From NCBI GenBank assembly GCA_000002445.1, contig CM000208.1:2368001-2432000 (forward strand): a DNA stretch of 64,000 bases. The letters run 5' to 3'. Source of the DNA: Trypanosoma brucei. Taxonomy: Eukaryota. A program made the translations under genes and the position numbers. A model generated the notes under the pieces. The model had not been told where the DNA came from. It worked only from the letters and a program-made list of their open reading frames with translations, and did no database searches. Within the stretch, counting starts at the first letter, position 1. Each line of letters opens with the position of its first letter. Below are positions 11,516-21,753 of this stretch, piece after piece.

Positions 11516-12571
11516 ATGCTGCTCACAAAACTTGCGCCCATGAGGTCTGCAGCACGTCACATGCCGTTACTGTGCATCCCACTTCATACCGCTCGTCACA
11601 CTGCCACTGTGGGTGCGAGCGGCGCCTCTGGGCGTGTAGGGGAGGACCACCGCCACAGTTCATTGGAAGAGACTTTACTTCATCCTCCTTTCATTGGTTC
11701 GTCTTCACGCTTCACGTATGCCTTACCTGCTTTAGACTCCGATGATATAGCGGCTTTGGAGAGGGAAACACTTAACCATCACGAACCAAACTGCTGGAAC
11801 GACTACTGCTGTGTCTCCCTTGTGAAACTGCTCCGCTGGTGTGCCGATAAGTTATTCCGTGAGCGTTACATTCACAGGGCTACAATGTTGAAAGCGATTG
11901 CGCCTGCACCGGCGATGGCTGGGGCCATCGTTGCCAACCTGCGGATGTATTTGAGGAAAAAGGACGCGACATATTTGCCAAGTGACGGCAACTTTTCGTC
12001 AGAGGTTCGAGTGCTAATGGCGCAGATGGAGTCCCACGCCGCACATGTCAATATCCTCTTGTCAATGTGCGAGATAACGACCGTTGAGCGCGTCGCCGCC
12101 GTTCTTCTTTATGGGCTTCATTATTTCATATTTACCCTTCTATTCCTCCTGTATCCGCGAATGGCGTTTCGGCTTATGGGTTACCTTAACGAGGAATCCG
12201 TAGTTATTTGGACGCACATGATAAACGACGTAGAGTTGGGGAAGATTGTTGAGCGACCAATACCTCGTGCGGCGCTTCAGTACTGGGGACTTCATCGTTT
12301 CCACCACCGCCAGAAACAACAATCTCATACAAAGAGCTATGTCACAGAAAAAGAGGAAGAGGGTAGGAGGGTCATGCATAACAATGAAGCCTCTTCTGCC
12401 AACCCCAGTGGTGACGGTGCCGCAGAGAATGGAGGGGAGGATGGAGATGTGTCGAAGCGTGGACTTACGCTGCGTTATATGCTGCTGTTATTGCGCTCGG
12501 ATGAGATGGTCTGGCGCGACTCATGCCACGCGGCTGCGGACGCTATAGACGAAATGCACGAGGTGCAATAA
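11516..12571 (+). CDS. Alternative oxidase (AOX/ubiquinol oxidase) fold protein with apparently degenerate diiron ligands (AOX-like)
   Basis: Four-helix-bundle AOX motifs align with trypanosome alternative oxidase: TMLKAIAPAPAMAGAIVANL vs FLETVAGVPGMVGGMLRHL; LMAQMESHAAH vs LVEAENERMH; GYLNEESVVIWTH...YWGL vs GYLEEEAVITYT...YWNL; LRSDEMVWRDSCH vs IRADEAEHRVVNH. Predicted mitochondrial presequence (MLLTKLAPMRSAARHMPLL). Confidence 0.65.
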   Translation: MLLTKLAPMRSAARHMPLLCIPLHTARHTATVGASGASGRVGEDHRHSSLEETLLHPPFIGSSSRFTYALPALDSDDIAALERETLNHHEPNCWNDYCCVSLVKLLRWCADKLFRERYIHRATMLKAIAPAPAMAGAIVANLRMYLRKKDATYLPSDGNFSSEVRVLMAQMESHAAHVNILLSMCEITTVERVAAVLLYGLHYFIFTLLFLLYPRMAFRLMGYLNEESVVIWTHMINDVELGKIVERPIPRAALQYWGLHRFHHRQKQQSHTKSYVTEKEEEGRRVMHNNEASSANPSGDGAAENGGEDGDVSKRGLTLRYMLLLLRSDEMVWRDSCHAAADAIDEMHEVQ

Positions 12572-13104
12572 AACTTTGTTAACGCTTGTTCCTTCGTTTT
12601 CTTATCTTGGCTCTCGCGGGACGTTAGGCGATACATCCACCAACGGGGCAGGGGAGGGGGACATTTGCCCTGCTGTCGAGTTGCTTGGAGGAATTATGGT
12701 GTGACATAGTCTGTCGTTTTTGTTATTCACACAACTACCGCCCCGTTTTAACGAAGCACACAAACTGCGACCCGAATGCTATGAAGGTCAGAGAAGGAAA
12801 AGAAATAGTTGATGGGAGACGTATTATTTCTCAATAGTTTGTCTCTAGTGCAAATTTTCTCTCACATTTCTTTACACCGTGTAATATATACGTATACATG
12901 TGCGTATGTCATCTTTTATTAGACCGCCACCCCCCCCCCCATGCTGGTGGTTTGCCTTCTGGGGGTACTGTGTTCAAGTGTCACCTTCCGCATCCCACAT
13001 TATTGTGTAGCCACTCTCTTCGGGGCATCTTCTCCGTTAAATTTTGCAGTGACGAAAAAGGGTTTAACGTTGGGTCGTAGCTTACAGGTGGTGTTAGGGC
13101 TACC

Positions 13105-15459
13105 ATGACGACCCACTTGTGGGCAAATTTTGTTACATCCCTGGAGTCCCGTGGCATCTCATTTCAGCACGTGCAACACGCATCTGACCGGAGTGCCGTA
13201 ATTTCAGCGGCAGGCTTTGGGGACCCCATTAGCGTTGCTATTTTGGAGACGGAATGGATGAAGCGTTGTGCACCCACCAGCACCCAACATGCTTCACCCG
13301 TGGGCGTATCCGACAAGGGCGCATTTGCCCCTCCACCTCCTCTCCAAGCGCCACAGACTGCTGCGGCAACCGTGAGCAGTCCCACAAGGCTCGCCCCCCA
13401 GTTTTCTGACCACACGAAACTGGAAGACGTTCCCGAGGAAATTCAAGATCGTGTCATCACAGCGGAGGTACTAGCCGCAGCCGTCGGCAACGGTGGCTCG
13501 CTTTTGCAGGCATCACGGGACGGTTTCGTGGTATCGAGATATGTGCCCGTTTCGATGCGCGGCCTCTGCAAGACCATAGTTCCCATCGCAGACTCTTTCG
13601 TAGCGCTACGGAAAGTTGAACGTGCAGAGTATATGGGAAAGAGCCTTGTTGCTATGGCTCTGGGTGAAGCGGTATCAGAAATTTGCACCAGTTACGCACA
13701 CGAGATTGCAAACCTGCAGAGGTGGTCCCAAAAGAAAGCAATGCCGCTGATGGGGGTCGTCTCAGAAGTTCTTCGTGCCGGCCACCACATCGTGCGGTTG
13801 CGGCAGGTACTGCCCACAGATTCAATTCTGGAGGAAGAAGGAACACTCTCCATGGCTGGGTGGCGGTTGCTCAACCACATCCATGAACAGGCTGAAAAAC
13901 ATTCGGGAAGCAGGGAGGACGATGAATTGCTGAACTTGTTACTTAGACGAGCATCAGTACCATACCTGCGGGTGTTGCACAGGTGGGTGCACGAGGGAGT
14001 AGTTGAGGACCCGTACGGAGAGTTTTTCATATCAGACGCATCCCTCCCCACTGGAGCAGCATCCACTACCACCGCAGCACCAGTTTCTGCTGTGGCAGGT
14101 ATGAAAAAGAGTGCAGTGAGGCGCATATTTCCCCCGTGTGGCGGAGGAGGCGACGATTACGGCGAGACAGGAATGGATGATGCGCATGCCTTTGAACGGC
14201 GCTTCTCGATGAATAAGAACATGGTTCCTAATTTTATTCTCACAAACACAAAGATGGCGAAGATAGTGTTCTATACCGGCAAATACTGCTGCCTGCTGCG
14301 GGAGTACAACGGCGCTCTCCCATCGTTCGGGGAATTATCGAACCAAATACTTATATGGTCTGGTGTTGACGAGTTGCATCGGCGTATAGAGGAGTCATAT
14401 GAAATTGCGAGTGGAGAGGTGTTACAGTTGTTTCTGGGACCGCAGGTCGATCTTTTGGGGCACCTTACATCGTTGAAGAGTTATTTCTTGCACCAACGTA
14501 GCGACTGGCTGATCGATTTTTTAGACAGTGCTGAGGAACTTCTCCTGAAGTCACCTTTTCAGGTGAAGGCGCATTCCGTTCGCGTGTTACTCCAAGCAGC
14601 AATCGCTAGGTGCTGTGGGAAAGACTTGTACCATACTCTCATTGGATGCAGCTTCTCGGGCACAACTGTTGCACAAGACATTATCAACTCACACGAACGG
14701 CAGAACGACGAGTCCCCTCAACGCGCATCCACAAACGGCAGGAGGAGCGCCACGCGTATTGAGACACGTTGTTGTATAGAGCTGCTTCAACTTGAGGCTG
14801 ACCTAAAATGGCCACTCACAATGGTCATTGACCCCCCTGTTCTTGAGCAGTTCAACATCGTCTTCCGTCTTTTCACGTGGCTGAAAACCTGTGAACGGGA
14901 CGTTACCACGTCGTGGACGGGGGATACCGATTTGGATCCTCACTACCAGCGTGCATATATCATTAAGCATCAACTCATTCAGTTCATCAGGCAATTTCAG
15001 TTCTATGCAGCACATTTCGTTGTGGAGCCGCTTTGGGGTCGGATGATGAATCGGATATGCCAGGCTGATAGCATTTTCGCCGTAAATAGTGCATTGAAAG
15101 ATTTCTTCAAGGGTATCGAGCTTGGTCTGGTGCTTTCTAGCGCCACTCGTTTCCGTAGTCTCGCACGTATTCTGGAGATAGCCTCCGTTTTCAGTGAAAC
15201 AGGGAGACCAGGTGCGGCCCAGGGGCTTAGCGAGCAACGGCTGCAGGAAATATTACAGGATGTGGAAACGCAGTTTCTTAAAGCTCTTTCCGAGCTCGCT
15301 TCCCCTGTGGGAGCCGACTATCCACAACTTGTGCCGCTTTTGACGTGGATTGACTTCAGCGGCTATTACGACCGCAACGGAGTATACCGCGTGCTGTACT
15401 CCGCAAGTGCCGCTACCGAACCGGTGTCTTCCTCAGCCACGGACAGGCGAAAGCGTTGA
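13105..15459 (+). CDS. Gamma-tubulin complex component (GCP2/GCP3, Spc97/Spc98 family)
   Basis: GRIP-motif region LQLFLGPQVDLLGHLTSLKSYFLHQRSDWLIDFLDSAEELLLKSP matches GCP2 ...[30 protein letters not shown]. N-terminal FILTNTKMAKIVFYTGKYCCLLREY matches GCP PSFL..A.KIL.TGKYLNVIR. A C-terminal GRIP2-like helical region is present. 784 aa. Confidence 0.65.
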   Translation: MTTHLWANFVTSLESRGISFQHVQHASDRSAVISAAGFGDPISVAILETEWMKRCAPTSTQHASPVGVSDKGAFAPPPPLQAPQTAAATVSSPTRLAPQFSDHTKLEDVPEEIQDRVITAEVLAAAVGNGGSLLQASRDGFVVSRYVPVSMRGLCKTIVPIADSFVALRKVERAEYMGKSLVAMALGEAVSEICTSYAHEIANLQRWSQKKAMPLMGVVSEVLRAGHHIVRLRQVLPTDSILEEEGTLSMAGWRLLNHIHEQAEKHSGSREDDELLNLLLRRASVPYLRVLHRWVHEGVVEDPYGEFFISDASLPTGAASTTTAAPVSAVAGMKKSAVRRIFPPCGGGGDDYGETGMDDAHAFERRFSMNKNMVPNFILTNTKMAKIVFYTGKYCCLLREYNGALPSFGELSNQILIWSGVDELHRRIEESYEIASGEVLQLFLGPQVDLLGHLTSLKSYFLHQRSDWLIDFLDSAEELLLKSPFQVKAHSVRVLLQAAIARCCGKDLYHTLIGCSFSGTTVAQDIINSHERQNDESPQRASTNGRRSATRIETRCCIELLQLEADLKWPLTMVIDPPVLEQFNIVFRLFTWLKTCERDVTTSWTGDTDLDPHYQRAYIIKHQLIQFIRQFQFYAAHFVVEPLWGRMMNRICQADSIFAVNSALKDFFKGIELGLVLSSATRFRSLARILEIASVFSETGRPGAAQGLSEQRLQEILQDVETQFLKALSELASPVGADYPQLVPLLTWIDFSGYYDRNGVYRVLYSASAATEPVSSSATDRRKR

Positions 15460-16390
15460 ATGTGACGCTATGACTTTCAGCTAAGGGAGAACGCAAAAAG
15501 AAAAAAATGTGTGAAAATATGGGGCAGTAGACGTGATGTGATGGCGTATCAGCCCCTTTCTGTATTTGCAGTGTCGTTATTCAACACACATAGGCGTTTA
15601 CACGCAAATACTCTTTTTCTCCCTTCCTGTCTTTGTTTTACTTGTAGGGCACAACTTTGTGGTTTGAGGAAAAATACGCATATTCGTGCCACCATGGGGG
15701 AGAAGGGGGCGGGTGTGGAGGTAATTGGCGAAACGTGACGGACGGGTATGAGACAAACAGATTTTGAATCAATTCGCTATGCTCCACTGTGTGCGAACCC
15801 ATGTTAACGCAAACCCATGCCATCAAAACGACGAAGAATAAATTCTGCGGTACAGAGCGCAGCACCCACACTCCCTTACCGTTCTGGGATCCGCAAGAGG
15901 GTTGTAGTTGGTGTGTTGTGGCTGCTTAGCTCAAGATTCGCATAAAATACGGAATAAGTTTTGTCATCGGGCGGACAGGCCGCAACGCACATAACCGTTC
16001 ACCCACCAACATCGGTGCCACCTTTTCGCACTGCAAGTCCAACTCGGAAGGTGTCCATGTGCGAAAAGGAGGGGTACCAATCATTCAACTCAACTCTCAA
16101 CTAATGCCGGAAATGTTCAGCGGTGTTCTCTCGTGGCATTTGTTGTTGTTCTTACCGGTGGGAGGGGGGTGCTGTGCTAAGGAAGAAAAGTTAGATGGCA
16201 TCAGTGTCGTGTGTACACATCATTTGCAATCATAACCGCTTAGTTGCTTGTATCCGTGGTTGAAGCATTGGGAGAGTGTAGAATAATTTCTACCATTTTG
16301 TCTTGAACCCGCTACGGCTCCGAAGTATGCCCTCCACCCTTGAAAAAGAAAAAGGGACCTCTAGAGCCCGCATTACCCCTCCTTGATACT

Positions 16391-16470
16391 ATTCTTCTTT
16401 CAAACTCTCCGCACTTTCCACTCGTTTCGTTCTTCTTTCTTCTTTATTTATTTGCGCGCTCTCGCTTAAC
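16391..16470 (+). promoter_or_regulatory. Polypyrimidine tract / probable SL trans-splicing signal upstream of the DEAD-box helicase gene
   Basis: Continuous CT-rich stretch (ttcttctttcaaactctccgcactttccactcgtttcgttcttctttcttctttatttatttgcgcgctctcgc) ending about 20 nt before the ATG at 16491. Confidence 0.5.
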
Positions 16471-16490
16471 GATGTTGAAGGACGGCAAAC

Positions 16491-19127
16491 ATGTCACTGA
16501 AGAAGAAGACGCTAAAGCAGCGTCTTCGTAAGAATGAAATGAGGCAACGGCAGAAGGTCTCCAAAGATGTTCGGAAGCGCGTGCGTACCGGTCGCCGTCA
16601 ATGCAATCGCTTCGACGACATTGAAAGCGGGTCACGGCCCCTTCAAGAGTTAGTCGAGGAAATAGCAGCAGGTTCGGCCGCCCCTACGCGTGAAGTGGCC
16701 TTAGACCCACGAAGCCTTACCGATCTACTCCTTCAAACTTCAGCTTCTCTCAGTAACACCAACAGTGGTGGTAAAACAGCAGCAAAACCTAATGTTGGCA
16801 GGGGCAACAGTGAGTCTGATGGTAAACCAAGATTAGTCCTTCCGGAGGCACCGCTTCCAGAGGACCATCCCCTCGCTCTGCCAGAGGTTCAACTCGGTGA
16901 AGACGAGCTGGGCGGTGGGAAGGACACTAACTCAGTTCCAGGGGGAAAAAATCAGTATCGGCACCACGGTGATCCGTACGTCTTCTGGGAGCGTGTTGGG
17001 CTTCATCCACTCCTTCTTAAAGCCTTGAGAACTATGCGTTTCACCCATCCGACTCCCGTTCAGGAAGAGGTGCTTCCAAGTGTTCTCTCACAAAACGTTG
17101 ATGGTCGTGCAGTTGGAGGGAAAGAAAAGATTACCCCTGGAAAGGGCAAGTCTGGAGGACGTGGTTGGGAAAAAGATGTTATCATCTCTGCGGAGACTGG
17201 AAGTGGAAAGACTTTGGCCTTCGCAATCCCTATTCTGCAACATGTTTTGACCAACGTGCTGGTGAATGAAGTAACGCAAGGTCCGGACGGGAAAATTGGA
17301 AACGAGGAGACGGCGAATGCAGCAAAGGGAAAGGAGGGTAAGGGGAAAAAAACAAAAGGTGGAGGAAAATCTACTGAAAGGGGGAAAAGTGAAAGCTTTA
17401 AAAAAAGTCGAAAGCGGCTGCGCGAAGGAGAGGAGGAAGGGGAACAGCTCACTACAGCACCTCCCACAACTACCTTCAAACTTCAAGGTCGGCTCATGCA
17501 AGCGCTGATTGTTTCACCAACTCGTGAGTTGGCACTCCAAATTAGCGAGGCGATGCAGCAGCTTGTACAACACGCTCCTCAGGTTATCGTTGGTTGTGTT
17601 GTTGGTGGCATGGCACCAGAAAAGCAACAACGTGTGCTCAACCGCCACCCGCATGTTCTCATATGCACACCAGGTCGCCTCTGGGAACTGATGCAAAAGA
17701 ACGAGGGATGCTATTTGGGTCACAGCCTCAGCCGACGCCTTTCTTATGTAGTTCTTGATGAAGCCGATAAGCTCCTGCAGTCCGGTCGTTTCGAGGAGCT
17801 GAAAAATTTGCTGGAGCGTATCCACTGCGAAATATTACCCGCCGGTTACGTGCAGGAGCGGGAGGAAGGGGCGGAGGCGGGAGATGCAGAGCTTGAGGCC
17901 GGTTTTTGGGATGCGGAAAAGCAGAAGTTTGTGCCTTTTCCAAAGGATTCTCCCACTGGCGACGACGATAAGAAGGAAACGCCTCAGCTAAGGACTTCCA
18001 GGAAGGATGAGCCCCGCCTCATTCCAATGCCGCCAGATCCACCGGAAGGTCATCGCGTCACAACGTTTGTTACTAGTGCAACACTTTCGCTTCAAACAAA
18101 CTATGTGCGGAGAGACATGCGCGCCAAGAAAACTGTGATCCGTACCTCCAATGAAGACACAATGGGGAAAGTGTTACAGCAGTTGGAAATAAAGCCTTCA
18201 AACGCCCACGTCTTCACTATTTCACCCAAAGTTGATGTTGCCGCCAAAATACATGAGACGTACCTTCGTTGTCCCGGGGACAGTAAAGACCTTTATTTGT
18301 ATTATTTCCTCAAGATGTACCGTGAGAGGTCGATTGTGTTTGTTAATGCCATATCTATGCTTCGTCGCCTTGTAAAGTTGTTAGAAGTGTTGGGCATACC
18401 TGTGGCTGGTCTGCACGCTTCACTTCAGCAACGGCAGCGGCTAAAGTTCATTGACAAGTTTAGAAAGGGCGAGAAGCGTGTTCTGGTGGCTACCGACATC
18501 GCCTCTCGCGGGTTGGACGTGGAAGGAGTTCGGTACGTGGTTCACTTTCAGGTTCCGCGTTCTACCGATGCTTACATCCACCGCTGCGGTCGCACAGCAC
18601 GGTGTGGAGGGACTGGTCTTTCTCTTCTTATGGTAAATGCGCAAGAACATGTCTCATTTACAAAGCTAATGGGCTCTCTCGGGCGCAGCACTGGCGATTT
18701 GGAAGTGTTTGCACTTCAACCAACCATCGTTCATCAACTGCATGCACATCTAAAAGTAGCTTTGCAGATTGATAAGCTGCAAAAAGAGATTGACAAATCA
18801 AGGGCAAATAATAATTGGGCGCGCCGCATGAGCCGTGAGGCCGATGTGGATGTCGACGATTTGATCGACGATGACGCAGACACTGAAAATAAGGCGAAGG
18901 AAAAAGCAATCAAGATACTACGTAGACGTCTGATGCTTCTAGGAGAAAAAGATATGGGGACGTCAGGTGGAAAAGGAAGTTTCCGCAGCAGCGCCCAGGC
19001 GATAGGCGCAAAGCAGGCCGAATCCAAGCTTGTTGAACGTGCTCAACTGCAGGTTACTCAGAAGCCTAAGAAAGGGTCCAAGGTTGTGAAGAAAGCTGGA
19101 GCCCGAAAAAATACAGAGAAGGAGTAG
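16491..19127 (+). CDS. DEAD-box ATP-dependent RNA helicase, DDX24/MAK5-like (nucleolar type) with large charged insertions
   Basis: Contains Q-motif region (FTHPTPVQ), motif I AETGSGKT, Ia SPTRELALQ, Ib TPGRL, II VLDEADKLL (DEAD), III SAT, V/VI VATDIASRGLDV and HRCGRTAR. Basic K/R-rich N-terminus and K/E-rich C-terminus are typical of nucleolar helicases. Long inserts between motifs I-Ia and II-III match the DDX24/MAK5 pattern. Confidence 0.8.
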   Translation: MSLKKKTLKQRLRKNEMRQRQKVSKDVRKRVRTGRRQCNRFDDIESGSRPLQELVEEIAAGSAAPTREVALDPRSLTDLLLQTSASLSNTNSGGKTAAKPNVGRGNSESDGKPRLVLPEAPLPEDHPLALPEVQLGEDELGGGKDTNSVPGGKNQYRHHGDPYVFWERVGLHPLLLKALRTMRFTHPTPVQEEVLPSVLSQNVDGRAVGGKEKITPGKGKSGGRGWEKDVIISAETGSGKTLAFAIPILQHVLTNVLVNEVTQGPDGKIGNEETANAAKGKEGKGKKTKGGGKSTERGKSESFKKSRKRLREGEEEGEQLTTAPPTTTFKLQGRLMQALIVSPTRELALQISEAMQQLVQHAPQVIVGCVVGGMAPEKQQRVLNRHPHVLICTPGRLWELMQKNEGCYLGHSLSRRLSYVVLDEADKLLQSGRFEELKNLLERIHCEILPAGYVQEREEGAEAGDAELEAGFWDAEKQKFVPFPKDSPTGDDDKKETPQLRTSRKDEPRLIPMPPDPPEGHRVTTFVTSATLSLQTNYVRRDMRAKKTVIRTSNEDTMGKVLQQLEIKPSNAHVFTISPKVDVAAKIHETYLRCPGDSKDLYLYYFLKMYRERSIVFVNAISMLRRLVKLLEVLGIPVAGLHASLQQRQRLKFIDKFRKGEKRVLVATDIASRGLDVEGVRYVVHFQVPRSTDAYIHRCGRTARCGGTGLSLLMVNAQEHVSFTKLMGSLGRSTGDLEVFALQPTIVHQLHAHLKVALQIDKLQKEIDKSRANNNWARRMSREADVDVDDLIDDDADTENKAKEKAIKILRRRLMLLGEKDMGTSGGKGSFRSSAQAIGAKQAESKLVERAQLQVTQKPKKGSKVVKKAGARKNTEKE

Positions 19128-19439
19128 GCACAAACGACGAATTGTTATCGGTTGTGAGGTAACCGCAGGGGTTATGCTCAGAAAGCGCAGCCCGTTGGAT
19201 ATACGTATGTTTGTATCCTTTAAATAAAATGGGCAACTCACGCATGGGTTTCGAGTAAATTAAGTGTAACAACGATAAGATGTCTCACAAACAAGTCTAT
19301 CTCTTCCTGCTTCCTCTGCTCCACCTTTCGTCCGTAGTGACACATGACAAGGTGGAGTAAATTCGCTGTGTAATCTTTTCTCACTCTCATATTTTTCTAA
19401 TCGAGGCGTAGATCGTGGAAAGGCCTCGGAAAGCAGGTA

Positions 19440-19985
19440 ATGAGACTTATTTCTTTAGCAACGAGAACTGTGTTTCACAGAATGAAGTGCTTCGTGACGC
19501 TTCACACGGTTCCTCTGATTGAGCAACACAGGTTGTATTGCTCTACACATGTTTTGCAGTTTGATATGAAACAATACGAAATGGAAAAGCGTCGGAAGCG
19601 GGAAATGGAGCGGGCGGGGGTTAGCGATGATGAAGACGACGCGCCGTGGATTGCTCCAGAGGAACAACAGCGGATTGACGAAGAGCAACAACAGCGTGAC
19701 AAAGAGGAGGCAGAACGTGTTCGTGAGATGCTCGAACGCCGGGAGCAAGAGGACATTATTAAGCGCAAGAAGTTCAAGGAATTCCGCGCAAAGCAACTAG
19801 CAATGAGCAAGAACCGCAAAGAAGCTGCCGCAGCCGCTAAGCAACAGCAGAGAGGTGGCAGTCGAGTAGTGGAGGAACTCGTGGACGACACGTCTAATAC
19901 AACCGGGGCACCACCACTATCCACTGCTGGATCTGCTGAAAACGACGCGACTCATGGGGCACCACACGAGAGTGGCGTGCGATAA
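19440..19985 (+). CDS. Hypothetical highly charged (K/E/R/Q-rich) coiled-coil protein; conserved start more likely the Met at nt 19566 (MKQYEMEKRRK...)
   Basis: Intact ORF in the + strand gene array, preceded by a polypyrimidine tract (19290-19330). Composition resembles small nuclear/spliceosome-associated charged proteins, but no diagnostic motif was recognised. Confidence 0.4.
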   Translation: MRLISLATRTVFHRMKCFVTLHTVPLIEQHRLYCSTHVLQFDMKQYEMEKRRKREMERAGVSDDEDDAPWIAPEEQQRIDEEQQQRDKEEAERVREMLERREQEDIIKRKKFKEFRAKQLAMSKNRKEAAAAAKQQQRGGSRVVEELVDDTSNTTGAPPLSTAGSAENDATHGAPHESGVR

Positions 19986-20149
19986 GAGGCTGCTTGGTGG
20001 AATTGGTGTTAATTTTAACACCGTGTTATCCGGTTCGTTACAGAGCGTGCGTGAAGTGTCCGTGGGCTTGTTTTGTTCTTATCGTGTTGACTTTGATGTA
20101 TCTGTTTGCTTCTTTCGTGTATTGCAGTAAACCCTGCTATTCAGCATGC

Positions 20150-20208
20150 CTTTCATTGCCGTCTTCTTCGTCCCCTTCTTTTTCCTGTGTTTTCACCTAA
20201 CAGGGAAG
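20150..20208 (+). promoter_or_regulatory. Polypyrimidine tract upstream of RPL22
   Basis: gcctttcattgccgtcttcttcgtccccttctttttcctgtgttttcacc, about 75 nt upstream of the ATG at 20282. Confidence 0.5.
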
Positions 20209-20281
20209 GAGAGAAGCTCCGGGGTTCACTTTTCCTTTCATTAGTTTTTGCACCGCGCTAGTTTGGTAATATTAGCCGCTG

Positions 20282-20674
20282 ATGGTTGCTGTTCGCGCAA
20301 AGGTCGGCTCCCGCGGCTTCACTCGCCAGAGGCAGCTTGCGAAAGGAAAGAAGGTGTTCAAGATTGACTGCAGCATCCCCGCCAGCGACGGTATCTTCAG
20401 TGATGATATCCTCAGCAACTTCCAGCAGTACTTCCAGGATAATGTGAAGCTAAACGGCCGCAAGGGAAAGCTCACCTCGAAGGTACGCGTCAACATGCGT
20501 GAAAACATTCTGTCCATCACGACGACTATGGCTTACCGCAAGAAGTACTTCAAATACCTGACGAAGAAGTTCCTCAAGAAGAAGGACCTCCGTGATTGGA
20601 TCCGTATTCTCGCCAAGGGGAAAGACACATACCAGTTGAAGTACTTCAACATCCAGGATCAGGAAGAAGCGTAA
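20282..20674 (+). CDS. RPL22: 60S ribosomal protein L22e
   Basis: KFKIDCSIPASDGIF...FQQYFQDNVKLNGRKGKL...ITTTMAYRKKYFKYLTKKFLKKKDLRDWIRILAKGKDTYQLKYFNI matches the eL22 consensus (..F.LDCT.PV.D.I.D...FE.FL...IKVNGK.GNLG...[33 protein letters not shown].I). Confidence 0.9.
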   Translation: MVAVRAKVGSRGFTRQRQLAKGKKVFKIDCSIPASDGIFSDDILSNFQQYFQDNVKLNGRKGKLTSKVRVNMRENILSITTTMAYRKKYFKYLTKKFLKKKDLRDWIRILAKGKDTYQLKYFNIQDQEEA

Positions 20675-21753
20675 ATCTTTTGCGGTTGCACGAGTAGGAG
20701 TGCCCCGAACATGTTGGTTTGCCCCTGCCTTTTTGCACTATTTTGTTCGTCATTTTGGGGTATGTGAAGTCTGTCCCGGCTCATTTCCTGTTTTCTTTTC
20801 TTTAATGATTTTGTTACTTCGTTTACCTCCTCTGCCTTCGGTTTATTCTCCCCCCATTCGTCTCCCGAACTTCTTTATAAGGGATGATGGGTGTGAAGGA
20901 TGAGGAAAGCACTCGAGTAGGCGTTGCAATTACTGTTTTGGTATACTGGTTCCACAGCAGAGGCACTTATCTTTTCCGGCCTTCATGTTTTCATTTGAAG
21001 GATTAACTTTCCCCTGATGTTTCTTTGGTTTTTTTTCTATTTGCCTGCATTTGTTCTTTACCAGCTAATGTAGTTGCACATGACCAAGCTGCTCAGACAT
21101 ATGCGTAGGTACAACTGCATACTCTTAGGCTGTGGCATGAAAACACCTCCCAAGTGCCAATGAAGGAAAGGGAGCGAAAGTTTTTTATTCCAGTCTTCCG
21201 TTGGGGCGGTGCGCTTCACACTAAAAGTTGTTGCGTAAACACCTCCGAACAACAGTTTCTTTGAGGAGTGGGGCGCCACACAGACATGAGAACGCAAGGA
21301 ATAGTAATCAAGGACACTTACGGTTTATCGTGCAATCGTGTATTGCTCGCTTAGGATTTGAAAGCGCATTGAAGGTTTGGTATTATTCCATGGGGAGCGT
21401 TGTTAGCCAGTCGGGGTGTAAAATACCATTGGTTCAGCCACCATTACAAAAGTAAAACACACATATCATGTTCGTTTTTGTTTGCTAGTTGTGACACTTT
21501 GCAACACCCTTCTGTGGGCGTCTGTTTTTATTTTTTGCTTCCCGCGCTGCCAACACTCCGTTGCGACTCTTATGAACATCTGTTTTGCTGTTGTGTTTTG
21601 AAAGGACAACATTATATACCTCCTTGGTGAGTGGGGGTTGTGCGTGAGACTGTCTCGTCCACTGATACACTTTTAAGTGTCGGTGAGACGTCGCATAAAG
21701 GAAAGGTTTTTACATTAGGAAGTGATTAAGAATACATAGGCGAGCGAACGAAC

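Noticed and set aside
16472-16531. Short upstream ORF (MLKDGKHVTEEEDAKAASS) overlapping the DEAD-box helicase start in another frame
   Set aside because: It may be an incidental uORF in the 5' UTR. Without SL-site mapping it is unclear whether it is in the mature mRNA at all, so it is not reported as a feature.
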